Source: a bacterium (GTDB taxonomy: Bacteria > Hinthialibacterota > Hinthialibacteria > Hinthialibacterales > Hinthialibacteraceae). From it: DNA of 64,000 nucleotides. This document shows, piece by piece, positions 30,774-40,800 of this stretch. The stretch is taken from assembly GCA_963662285.2 (NCBI GenBank), contig CAXXMV010000008.1:448001-512000 (forward strand), written 5' to 3'. How positions within the stretch are numbered: position 1 is the stretch's first letter; each line of letters opens with the position of its first letter. The translations under genes and the position numbers were made by a program. Below the pieces are notes generated by a model. That model was given only the letters and a program-made list of their open reading frames with translations. It did no database searches and was not told the DNA's origin.

Positions 30774-31328
30774 ATGGTTAATGATGACGCAATAAACAAA
30801 TATCGTGAAACGATTAAGTATATCGCCTACCGCTCGATTGATGACCGGAACTTTGGCCGGACTAAACTGAATAAGATTTTATTCTATTGTGATTTCCTGG
30901 CTTACCGTAATCTAGGGAAATCAATTACAGATGACGGGTATATCAAACATAAGCATGGCCCCGTTCCCACCCATGTCAAAAAGATAGCCAATGCATTGAT
31001 TGATGATATAGAGATCAAAGAGATCAATACTCCGACAGGCAACTATATTCAGAAAAGACTGGTTACGTTGACGGAATGCAATTTGGATGTGTTCACTCCG
31101 CAAGAAATTTCTCTGATTGATTCGGTCATCGAAGTGTTGTGGGATGAAACCGCCAAGGCGGTCAGTGAACTGTCACATCAGTTCATCGGATGGCAAATGA
31201 TGGATATAGGGGAAAATATCCCTTATGAAACAGTGTTAATTCGTGAATCAAAGGTAACCGATGACGACTTGGCCTATGGGGCGGAATTGGCAAAGGAACT
31301 GGACGAATGGCCCGTGGTCTCTCCGTAG
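30774..31328 (+). CDS. Panacea-domain (DUF4065/SocA-like) antitoxin
   Basis: GRTKLNKILFYCDF...GKSIT...Y....HGPVP, ELSH...W....GENIPYE; RBS GGAGGT. Confidence 0.85.
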   Translation: MVNDDAINKYRETIKYIAYRSIDDRNFGRTKLNKILFYCDFLAYRNLGKSITDDGYIKHKHGPVPTHVKKIANALIDDIEIKEINTPTGNYIQKRLVTLTECNLDVFTPQEISLIDSVIEVLWDETAKAVSELSHQFIGWQMMDIGENIPYETVLIRESKVTDDDLAYGAELAKELDEWPVVSP

Positions 31329-31334
31329 TACGAC

Positions 31335-31592
31335 ATGTACGGATTCACCCAACGGTTGGAAGAATTCCGGCATATCCGGCGTCTTGATGAATATATTCGG
31401 GCTTACGAATGGCAGTTATCCAACGATCCCACTGTAGGCGCCCGTCAAACATTAGGTGATCGCATTATCTGGACATATTCCTACTATCTTGATCCTACAG
31501 AAATGAAAGAAATTGTGGTTTATTACACTTACGATGAAACAAATCTGTACATGCTGGATATACGGTTAAAGCCAGCGCGTGATAATGATTGA
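31335..31592 (+). CDS. Putative RelE/ParE-fold toxin
   Basis: Directly follows the Panacea gene; L..DP..G and VVYYTYDE..LYMLDI pattern; start uncertain. Confidence 0.55.
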   Translation: MYGFTQRLEEFRHIRRLDEYIRAYEWQLSNDPTVGARQTLGDRIIWTYSYYLDPTEMKEIVVYYTYDETNLYMLDIRLKPARDND

Positions 31593-31613
31593 TGTTAACA
31601 GTTTGAATTAAAT

Positions 31614-31772
31614 CCCTCTATATAAAAGTAATGTCTCCCAGCCCGGGTAAAAAAAATACTCAAAAACCAGCCGCATATTCGTGCTTGATCCTAAAGGCGT
31701 GGTTAGCGAATAACGGTTATCACATATTAATAATAGAAAAGGCTCCTGAATTAATTTCGGGAGCCTTTTTTT
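31614..31772 (+). repeat. Direct repeat copy 2 (degenerate pqaA 3' end plus terminator)
   Basis: Non-coding duplicate of 30482-30639. Confidence 0.9.
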
Positions 31773-31932
31773 AATCTAAAACGCTATTCTTTTCCAAACC
31801 TACGTTTATAACCAATGATAGACAATACCCCGGCCTCATGATAAACTCGATCAATTCAAATGAAATGAGTTGGATTCTGTTGATTCCACTAAAAAATCAC
31901 GCATCAATTAAGGATCATAGAGAAAAACCATT

Positions 31933-33162
31933 ATGAAAAAAATAATAGTTAACGTCATCATAGGATTAATTTTGCTATTTGCAGGATCAGTGTCAGAATC
32001 AGATCAAGCAACTGGCGCGTCGAAATACGCTTATGATCCTAATGTTCCAGAGGAACTGCGCATACGTGATGGGTTGCCTAATTTTTTCGCCAAACTCGCT
32101 GCTGGCGGTCCGGTGCGCATCGCCTATCTGGGCGGAAGCATCACTGCGGCTAACGGATGGCGTCCAAAGAGTTTTGCGTGGTTCAAATCACAGTATCCAA
32201 AAGTTGAACTAATCCAGATCAACGCCGCTATATCAGGCACGGGGTCGGATTATGGGGCCTGCCGCATTGCTTCGGATGTTTTAGCCCATCAACCTGACCT
32301 TATCTTTATGGAACACCGGGTGAATGGCGGCGCGGGATTTGAAGCCAAGTCGGTGGAAGGCATCATCCGTCAGATTTGGCGCAGTAATCCACACACTGAT
32401 ATTTGTCTGGTGTACACCATATCACATAGTATGCTCAAGACTATCCAGTCGGGCAAGACGCCCGGCTTCGGCGCTATCATGGAGAAAGCGGCCAATGTTT
32501 ACGGCATCCCATCAATCGATCTCGGCGTAGAAATCGCCAAACGCGAAAAAGCGGGTGAACTCATTTTTAAGGGCAAAGACCCTGTAGATGGGAAACTGGT
32601 ATTTTCGGCGGATGGAGTTCATCCCGGAGGCGCTGGACATGATGTATACACAGAAGTCATTGCACGTTCAATGCTTAAAATGAAAGCAGAAGACAAAACG
32701 CTGGAACATTCGCTTCCCAAACCGCTGGATTCTCTCTGTTGGGAAACGGCTACGCTGCTACCGATCACTGATGCTAAACTAAGTCCTGGTTGGAGCAGCG
32801 TTGACGCCAAAACAGATGCTGTTTACCGCGACGATTTCGGTCGTACGCAGGGCATGCTGCATGAGGCGAAAAAATGCGGCCATGCAGGCGAGACCATCAC
32901 GGTCAGATGGAATGGTCAAACAATCGGTTTCAGTGATATCCCCTATGGCGAAGGTATGGAAGTTGAAGTGACTATCGATGATGCAACAAAGCCGATTGTG
33001 ATCAAACGGGTGCAGAGAGAAAAAAGAAAATACGCCCGGTTCTTTTATTTACCTGAGCAGTCATCCGGAGAACACACAGCGGTGTTGCGGATCAAGCAAT
33101 TACCTGAAGGTTTGACCTACTATGCCGGACAGATACTGATCGTCGGCGAAGTGCTTCCATGA
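31933..33162 (+). CDS. Secreted SGNH/GDSL-family hydrolase
   Basis: AYLGGSIT, NAAISGTGS, EHRVN, DGVHP. Confidence 0.85.
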   Translation: MKKIIVNVIIGLILLFAGSVSESDQATGASKYAYDPNVPEELRIRDGLPNFFAKLAAGGPVRIAYLGGSITAANGWRPKSFAWFKSQYPKVELIQINAAISGTGSDYGACRIASDVLAHQPDLIFMEHRVNGGAGFEAKSVEGIIRQIWRSNPHTDICLVYTISHSMLKTIQSGKTPGFGAIMEKAANVYGIPSIDLGVEIAKREKAGELIFKGKDPVDGKLVFSADGVHPGGAGHDVYTEVIARSMLKMKAEDKTLEHSLPKPLDSLCWETATLLPITDAKLSPGWSSVDAKTDAVYRDDFGRTQGMLHEAKKCGHAGETITVRWNGQTIGFSDIPYGEGMEVEVTIDDATKPIVIKRVQREKRKYARFFYLPEQSSGEHTAVLRIKQLPEGLTYYAGQILIVGEVLP

Positions 33163-33273
33163 ATAAATTATGGAACGTGGTGGGCTACGCTTCGCTTTTA
33201 GCCCACCCTACCAGCTGCTATGCCGGACAGATACTAGTCGTCGGCGCCGTGCTTCAATGAATTATTTAGAACG
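33120..33273 (+). repeat. ~57-bp duplicated gene 3' end flanking a GTAG-type REP (family A)
   Basis: CTATGCCGGACAGATACT..TCGTCGGCG at 33120 and 33218; GGTGGGCTACGCTTCGCTTTTAGCCCACCCTAC between. Confidence 0.85.
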
Positions 33274-33285
33274 GAAATATATATA

Positions 33286-34191
33286 ATGAAACTGACAAAT
33301 CTTCCCCGGCGTAATTTTTTGCAATGTCTCAGCGCCTTGGCCGTTTCGGGCGGTATGTCTTCTTGCTGCACTAGCGCTTTGAAGAATGGACAGACATCAA
33401 CTCTCTCTGAGCGGTTGTTTGTGATGGATACCTTCTTTTGGGATGACGGCCTGGATGTTGAACAACAGATCAAACTTTTGCAACAGGTCAATCAATTCAA
33501 GGGAACCGATTGCCGGACCAACTGGGAAAAGTTCCCCGGAGTACTCGAAACCTTCGACCAACATAAAATCGAAATGGCTGCGGTTTACCTGCCCCTCTCC
33601 ATGGATGATCCAATCCCTGCGTTTGTCGCTCCCATGCTGCAAAGCCTGAAAGGGCGTGGGACGCTCATCTGGCTTAATCCCACCAGTCAAAAATTCAAAC
33701 CTTCCGATACGTCAGGCGATCCCGCCGCCATTGCGCTGATCCATAGGATATCGGATATGGCAATTGACAACCGCCTGCCAATTTCGCTTTACCATCACCG
33801 GGGGAACTGGATGGAACGGGTCAATGATACCTACCGGCTGGCCGTTAAATCAAAGCGGGATAATGTTGGATGCACATTCAACCTCTATCACTGGCTTTGC
33901 ACGGCTAATTCTGATAGTTTAGATTCAGTAGCCGCAATGGTGACGCCCAAACTCAATTGCATTACGATTAATGGCGCAATGAAAGACTCCGCCCGGTTGG
34001 ATGTCCGCAAAGCCATCCTGCCATTGAATCAGGGCGATTATGATGTTGAAAACTTTGTAAGGACATTCATAAACCTGGGATACCAAGGTTCGTTCTGTCT
34101 TCAAGGGTATGGTATAAGTGGAAATATAGAGAATAAATTATCACAATCCTTACATACATGGGAAAATATTTGCGACAGAATTCAAACATAA
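33286..34191 (+). CDS. Tat-exported sugar-phosphate isomerase/epimerase-like TIM barrel
   Basis: PRRNFL Tat motif; SLYHH, FNLYHW, ITING, PLNQGDYD, CLQGY. Confidence 0.75.
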   Translation: MKLTNLPRRNFLQCLSALAVSGGMSSCCTSALKNGQTSTLSERLFVMDTFFWDDGLDVEQQIKLLQQVNQFKGTDCRTNWEKFPGVLETFDQHKIEMAAVYLPLSMDDPIPAFVAPMLQSLKGRGTLIWLNPTSQKFKPSDTSGDPAAIALIHRISDMAIDNRLPISLYHHRGNWMERVNDTYRLAVKSKRDNVGCTFNLYHWLCTANSDSLDSVAAMVTPKLNCITINGAMKDSARLDVRKAILPLNQGDYDVENFVRTFINLGYQGSFCLQGYGISGNIENKLSQSLHTWENICDRIQT

Positions 34192-34204
34192 GGGAGATCA
34201 CATA

Positions 34205-35182
34205 ATGTCATCAGAAACCACTCGAAGGACGTTTATCCGCAATTCTCTCACCGCATCAATCGCCGTAGCCTCTACAGCTGGCGCTGCATCTTCCGAACCT
34301 TCCGCGAGCGATGCGCAGAAGAAAAAAGAGGCCGCCGGACAGTCGCTCCCCATGGGGAAAATCGGCGATCTGAATATAAGCCGTATTCTCCTGGGCGGCA
34401 ACCTGCTGACTCATTACACGCACAGCCGCGACTTGAAATATGTCTATAACCTGGCCAAACATTACAATACCGTAGATAAAATTTTAGAAACCATGGCCAT
34501 AGCCGAGGCCAACGGCGTCAACACCCTGGTTATTCATACCGCGCCTGGCGTTATGGAATTCCTACAGAAATACCGTAATGATCACAACGGCAATATCCAA
34601 TGGATAATCTGCCCGACCGCCAATATTGATGACTCCATGAACGATTACCGCAAACAGGTTCAACAAATCGTTGAGATGGGCGTTGATGCGATATACCTGT
34701 GGGGCGTTCGCGCCGACCAACTGGCATCTCAGGGGAGAATCGATCTGATTGAAAAAGCAGTGCAAATCGCTCAGGAAATGGGAGTGCCGTCCGGTGTGGG
34801 CGCTCATGACCTGAACGTGATTCAACAATGCGAGAAGCATGGCGTAGACGCAGATTTCTATGTCAAAACCCTGCACCACCACGATTACCCCACTGCGCCC
34901 AAACCTGAGGAACTCACAAAAATATATTCGGAAATTCCAGGTTATTGGTGCAACAAACCCGAAGAAGTTATCTCATTCATGAACGGCGTATCCAAACCTT
35001 TCATCGCCTACAAAGTAATGGCGGCTGGCGCCATCCCACCGGAAAACGCCTTCCAATACGCCTTCGATAAAGGCGCCGATTTCGTCCTGGCGGGAATGTT
35101 CGATTTCGAGATTGCCGAGAATGTCCGAACCGCCAATAGCGTTTTGAAAAAGGTAAACCGGACGCGGCCTTGGATGGCTTAG
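34205..35182 (+). CDS. Tat-exported conserved protein (aldo/keto-reductase-like barrel)
   Basis: TRRTFI Tat motif; ISRILLGGN, GVGAH, KPFIAYKVMAAG, GMFDF. Confidence 0.7.
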   Translation: MSSETTRRTFIRNSLTASIAVASTAGAASSEPSASDAQKKKEAAGQSLPMGKIGDLNISRILLGGNLLTHYTHSRDLKYVYNLAKHYNTVDKILETMAIAEANGVNTLVIHTAPGVMEFLQKYRNDHNGNIQWIICPTANIDDSMNDYRKQVQQIVEMGVDAIYLWGVRADQLASQGRIDLIEKAVQIAQEMGVPSGVGAHDLNVIQQCEKHGVDADFYVKTLHHHDYPTAPKPEELTKIYSEIPGYWCNKPEEVISFMNGVSKPFIAYKVMAAGAIPPENAFQYAFDKGADFVLAGMFDFEIAENVRTANSVLKKVNRTRPWMA

Positions 35183-35194
35183 AAGCAGTGGGAT

Positions 35195-35227
35195 GTGGTG
35201 GGCTACGCTTCGCTTTTAGCCCACCAC
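35195..35227. repeat. REP palindrome family A, second copy
   Basis: GTGGTGGGCTACGCTTCGCTTTTAGCCCACC identical to the copy starting at 33177. Confidence 0.85.
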
Positions 35228-35267
35228 TCCCTGCTAGCGAAGAACCATATTTTTTATAAATTGAAAC

Positions 35268-35299
35268 AAAAACGGAGCCTATTAGAGCTCCGTTTTTTT
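35268..35299. terminator. Bidirectional terminator
   Basis: AAAAACGGAGC...GCTCCGTTTTTTT between convergent genes. Confidence 0.8.
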
Positions 35300-35325
35300 A
35301 TCTTACATTAATTTTATTTTAGACA

Positions 35326-36201
35326 TTAAGGAATAAGTGATTCCTTATCACTGTTTCGGGAAGGCGTCTGATATGGAGTAGATTTGTTGCGTTTTTTGAA
35401 TTTATCTCTTATTTGCTTTGATTCAGAGTCAACCGCTGGTTCACTTTTTTCGGCTTTTTCCACTGTCTTTTCAGGGGTTGATTTTACCTTCTCTTCATCT
35501 TTTGAACGGTTGAAAACATTCAGGAAAGAAAAAATACCCTTTTTCTTTTCGGTTGAGGAGTTCTCAACGGCTTTCTCTTCAACATTTGTTCTGGACTCTG
35601 TTTTATAGGGAACGGTCTTTTTGTACTTATCCATGCCGGATTTTTCTTTGTTTTGTTGATAATCAGAAGGAGGCTTAATTTCTAATGGGCCGATCAATTC
35701 AACAAAGGTTCCATCAGGGTCTTTAACCAATACGAAATGCCGGTCTGTTCCAAGAGGAATCGGGGTGTTGCCCAAGAAAGGCACGTTATTCTTTTTAATT
35801 CGATCAATAAAAGGTTGCAGCGCAACGACGTTGATGGTCAGGTACTGAATACCGGTCTGGCTATGGAGATATTCATTTTCCTGTTTTTTCGCCCGGTCGC
35901 CGAAGGTCATTAACTTTAACTGAGTGGCATCGTCGCCAGCTCCGAGTTTGAGTATTTCAACATGAATCGGCAGACTATCAGTCAATCCCGACTTTTTACC
36001 GAAATCGGCGTCGACGTCGAATGAGGAATTGCCGATTTGCGACATGCCGATGACGTCTTTATAAAAATGCATTGATTCATCCAGGTCGGATACAATCATG
36101 CCGATGAGGATGGTTTTGGAACTAAATTCATCCGGTGCGCTAAATGCACTTAAACTTAAAACAGCGATTAAAACAAGAATGAAAGACGCGCGTTTCATCA
36201 C
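35326..36201 (-). CDS. Secreted VOC/glyoxalase-family protein with charged C-terminal extension
   Basis: IVSDLDES..FY..VIG, VKDPDGTFVELIG; K/E/S-rich tail. Confidence 0.8.
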   Translation of the reverse strand: MMKRASFILVLIAVLSLSAFSAPDEFSSKTILIGMIVSDLDESMHFYKDVIGMSQIGNSSFDVDADFGKKSGLTDSLPIHVEILKLGAGDDATQLKLMTFGDRAKKQENEYLHSQTGIQYLTINVVALQPFIDRIKKNNVPFLGNTPIPLGTDRHFVLVKDPDGTFVELIGPLEIKPPSDYQQNKEKSGMDKYKKTVPYKTESRTNVEEKAVENSSTEKKKGIFSFLNVFNRSKDEEKVKSTPEKTVEKAEKSEPAVDSESKQIRDKFKKRNKSTPYQTPSRNSDKESLIP

Positions 36202-36653
36202 AGTTCTCCTATGCCCGATATTTTTATAATTCTATTACATAAATCGATTTAATGCAATTCCGTTACATTGGTGAATCTGATGGGATACGCTGCAATGGTG
36301 ATTTGAATACTATAGTATTCTTCGCTTTATCCCATCCACCAACTAATATTACACAATCCGATTTGACGCAATTCCAGCCTGGTTGCATCTTAGATTGGAT
36401 AACAACGCCCTGAATAATCATCTGAACGTTTTGACAGCTTATATATCGAAGGATATACTTCATTTGACTTATAGCAAGTGCCAAAAACAGATTCCATTTG
36501 AGACGGATAACACAAATAATCTCGCTTTAATCAGCATTTTGAGTTAAGATCGTTACTCAATGGATGAATCACTAGTTAAACCTATTAGAGAGACATTCTA
36601 TATACTATTGCTTCCTTTTGGCGTCTGTGCGAATTTCCTGGAAGGTGAATCAA

Positions 36654-37694
36654 ATGTCTGAACAAAAAAAATGTAAAGTAAAGATTATCGGAGCAACAGG
36701 ATACACTGGTGGAGAACTGATCCGGCTGTTGCTGACTCATCCCCACGTTGAAATCGTTTCTCTAACCGGAGCGGGCATCGGCGACCCTACGCCAGTATAC
36801 GAGTACTGGTCATGGCTGCGTAAAGTATGCGACATGAAGGTCTACGAAGAGGAAGTCGGCAAAACTGACGGCGCCGATATCGTCTTCTTAAGCACCCCTC
36901 ATGGCATATCCATGAAACTCGCTCCCGCCTATCTCGAAAAAGGCTGCCGCGTAATCGACCTATCCGCCGATTACCGCTTCAAAGACCTGGCCATTCGCAA
37001 TAAATGGTATGAAGGCGAACATACTTCGCCTGAATTATGCGCTGAAGCAGTTTATGGTATGCCCGAACTGTTCCGCGATGATGTAAAATCAGCCAAATTG
37101 ATCGCCAATCCCGGATGCTACCCGACTACTGTTATCCTGGGTCTCTATCCCGCGATAAAAAGCGGCTTGATCCAACCACAAGGCATTCATGTTAATTCTT
37201 CAACCGGCGTAACCGGCGCAGGAAAGCGGGCTAATCTCCTGTTCCATCATCCGGAACTTGACCAGAATTATTTCGCTTACCGCATCGGCAACCATCAGCA
37301 CTGTCCGGAAATGATGGCTATATTAAGCCAGGCGACCGCCAAAGATGTATCACTGACCTTCGCGCCCCATGTTCTGCCATTACAGCGCGGCATCCTTTCA
37401 ACCATGTACTGCCGCAAAGCGGATGGCGTTACTCTGCAACAGGTTTGGGATGCATACCAGAAACAGTATGGCGATGAACAATTCATCAGATTGTATCCTT
37501 TAGGAAAAGCGCCTGACCTACAGGCCGTCAGACTAAGCAACTTCGTGGATATCTCCATTCATGAAGACGCCAACACTGGCGATATTATTATTATGTCAGC
37601 CGAAGACAACCTGGTTAAAGGCGCCGCTGGTCAAGCTGTACAAAACTTGAATGTAATAATGGATTATCCCGAACGATTTGGATTATTACCCTAG
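36654..37694 (+). CDS. argC: N-acetyl-gamma-glutamyl-phosphate reductase
   Basis: IIGATGYTGGELIRLL..HP, IDLSADYR, IANPGCYPT, DNLVKGAAGQAVQNLN. Confidence 0.95.
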   Translation: MSEQKKCKVKIIGATGYTGGELIRLLLTHPHVEIVSLTGAGIGDPTPVYEYWSWLRKVCDMKVYEEEVGKTDGADIVFLSTPHGISMKLAPAYLEKGCRVIDLSADYRFKDLAIRNKWYEGEHTSPELCAEAVYGMPELFRDDVKSAKLIANPGCYPTTVILGLYPAIKSGLIQPQGIHVNSSTGVTGAGKRANLLFHHPELDQNYFAYRIGNHQHCPEMMAILSQATAKDVSLTFAPHVLPLQRGILSTMYCRKADGVTLQQVWDAYQKQYGDEQFIRLYPLGKAPDLQAVRLSNFVDISIHEDANTGDIIIMSAEDNLVKGAAGQAVQNLNVIMDYPERFGLLP

Positions 37695-37737
37695 CGCTAA
37701 TAAGTTGTCAAACAAATAATATCGGATAACCCATATT

Positions 37738-37823
37738 CTCCCCCCAAGTTTGGGGGGAGTTAGAGGGGGGTTGAATTTCAACGAATCAACTCCCCCCTAA
37801 CCGCCCCAGGCTTGGGAGCGGGA
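37738..37823. repeat. C/G-run palindromic repeats (family C), two opposed copies; related copies near 1628, 23317 and 60160
   Basis: CTCCCCCCAAGTTTGGGGGGAGTTAGAGGGGGG and CTCCCCCCTAACCGCCCCAGGCTTGGGAGCGGGA. Confidence 0.55.
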
Positions 37824-37879
37824 TAATAGAATAAGCAGTCACACTGTTTTTCATCCAGTTATTAATCGGGGAGCATAAT

Positions 37880-40800
37880 ATGAGACGTCTTTGTGTCTGG
37901 TTTTTCATTGGGATTCTTGTTCTTTTTGTAAATGTACTTTCTTCACAAGCCATATCGAAACCATCGTTGAATTCTCCTGCGCGGAATTCTACCTTTGCTC
38001 TACTCGATTCCACCAGAGATTCGGTGCGCCTGAATTATCGCAATGAATCAAAAAAAAGGCATGTCCTAACCAATTCGTCGATTTATGTCGGCATACCGGT
38101 CGATGCATCGTATGAAACGAATTTCATCTCGTGGGATTATCGTGAAAGCGCTTCGAATGGTAAAACCTCTAAAGATATCAACTTCAGTGATTTAACTGAA
38201 CAAGAACGCTCCATATTCAATAGCGACCTGCGTTCCTCAATCAACATCAAGCGCTATGCGTTTCAAGAACTCGATATTCTCAAAATTGAGATCGATTCCT
38301 CTATTAAACATAAGTCTGCTAACAAACAAACAATTTCTTTGAACCAGTTGGAATTTGAAATACATTGGACCGAAAGTAATGCTCCTCAAGCGAACGCTCC
38401 CAACCGCCCCGATGCTGGTTATAACCGTCTCTTTCGCAACCTCTGCATCAATGGAGACATGGCGCCCGAACTTAGGCGGAAACGAATCCTGCCCGAGAAA
38501 GAACTCGATGCAAAATTCAATCCCCAAATAGTAGGATTCAAAGAAACAGGTTCGTTGATTAACCTCGCCAAATCGCCTATCGCATCCAGAGCCGATGCCG
38601 TTCGCGTACGGATTAGAGATACCGGTATGCTGGCGATTCATACGGATGATCTCACCAAACAAGGCGTCCCGACAAACCGGGTCGCGCTTGATCAGGTGCG
38701 GGTCTGGCACGAGGACAAAGAAATTGCAGTATCCATTGATGATTATAATAACAACAGCGTTTTCGATGAAAATGACGCCATTATTTTCTATGGAGAAGAA
38801 TCCACCTCTGATTATACTAAGGACTCTCAATATTTCCTGACCTGGTTTGAACTGGAGTCGCCTCCCAAACGGATTGAACGGCAAGAGATTAAATTAAGCG
38901 AAAACGGCTCTTCTTCTTATAATGCACGTCAAATAGTGGATGATGACGTTATCCTGGTCGAAGAGAAAAGCCGGAAACAATATGGCTGGTATCTCTTCGA
39001 GATGGATAAAAAATTCAAAAGCCTTCTGCTGAATCTGCCTGATATAACAGAAGAGGGAGATATCAGCGTCAAACTTGAATCATTTAATAAAACCCGACTG
39101 AAATCCACCGGATTCACAGTTCAAATAGTTAACGCAGCAAATATAATTACGGCTACAGACATAATCAACGGTACAGTCATAAGCGACGCTTCTGCTCATT
39201 ACGCTTTATCTGGACGAGTTAATACCGCCACTACATACATTTTTTCGGCCTCCGCCTCACAAGACCTTAAATCAGCATCACTGTTAATCACGCTTGATCA
39301 GGAACCGGAAAAGTATATCGCCCCCAAACAAGGTTTAAGTGAAAAAGTCGGTAATGTACCCCACTTATTCTTTAATTCCATAGAAGTAACTTATCCCCGC
39401 AAAGCCATAATGAACGACGCTCCATTGTTATTCGACCGGGCATGTTTGGCGGCTGAAGCGGATGCAGTCGTTCTTCATGCTACCGCTGCTGATCGCGTTG
39501 TCAGCGCCTGGGTAATCGATGCCACCGGATGCTTCGCCAGACTATCCATCAAACCACCCATCAGTGAAAAATCTATACTACTGCCTGACCAGAATTGGGA
39601 TAGGATGGAATTGATCTATGATGACGCCATCGCGAGTCCGTATACCGTCGACCAGGATTTCGATTCTTCCCTGCACCGCAAAGATCAAGGATATGACTAT
39701 ATAATCATTACGCCGCGCTTTATGACTTCAGAAGCCAGAAAATTAGCCCGGCGGCGTACTCAAGATGGATTCAACGTACTACTGACTGATGTACAAGATA
39801 TTTACGATGAATTCAATTATGGTTATCCCAGTTGCAAAGCCATCAAAAATTTCCTGCGTTACGCGCAATCAGAATGGACTGGATTATCTCCTGAATTTGT
39901 GGTGTTTATCGGTGATTGCTCTTGGGATCATCGTGATCGCAGCGGAGAAGGCGCCAAAGATTTGCTGCCGACCTACACGCCGGATAACAATCCTATGGAT
40001 GACGCCTCAGATGAATGGTACGCCTATCTGTGGGGAGATTCGAATGATATATTCTCCGATATAATCACTGGACGGATATCGGTTCAAACCGTTGAGGATT
40101 TAGCGAATTATCTCACCAAACTGGATACCTATGAATCAGAATCCAAGGTTGGGCCATGGCGCGCCCGCAGCGTATACATCACCGATGATGATGATGGCCA
40201 ATTCAAGCGCTTCTCTATCACCAATTCAAACAAAAGTCTGCCGGATAACTATTATCCCGTTTTCATCCATCAAGAGGATTATCCACTGGTAACCAATCCT
40301 TATCTTTATTATAGATTTAAAGACAGCAAAGATCCCAGACATGAAGAATACCGCAATAAGAAATACTGCCCTTCATGCGCGCTGGATATTCTGAAAGAAT
40401 TTGATAAAGGCTCGCTTGTCTTGCAGTATATCGGACATGGTGGAAATCAGATATGGTCTGAAGAGCGTATCTTCTATGGCACTAAGAGTCCTAAAAGCAG
40501 CCTGCTGGAATTAAAACCAACTACCAGATTTCCATTCGTAGTTAGTTGGTCATGTCTGACGGGATATTTAAATTTTAATATCGAACCGTTCACCATTTGC
40601 ATGTCCGAAGAATTGATCCGTTATCCCGACCGCGGCGCAATCGCCGTCTGGGGACCAAGCGGCGGTGGAACCACCAACAAGCACATGGGGCTTTCAACGC
40701 TGATGCTGCGCAATATGACGCTTGATGGACTGAATCGCCTGGGAGAAGCCATGACCTTCACCAAGGTCGAATATTTACAGGAAGATTACAGCCCCGATAT

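Noticed and set aside
36263-36484. 73-aa ORF between the VOC gene and argC
   Set aside because: TTG start, no clear RBS, no recognisable motif; may be a remnant but cannot be supported.
38237-38884. 215-aa antisense ORF and the many other short overlapping ORFs
   Set aside because: Shadow frames of well-supported genes, with no motifs or RBS.
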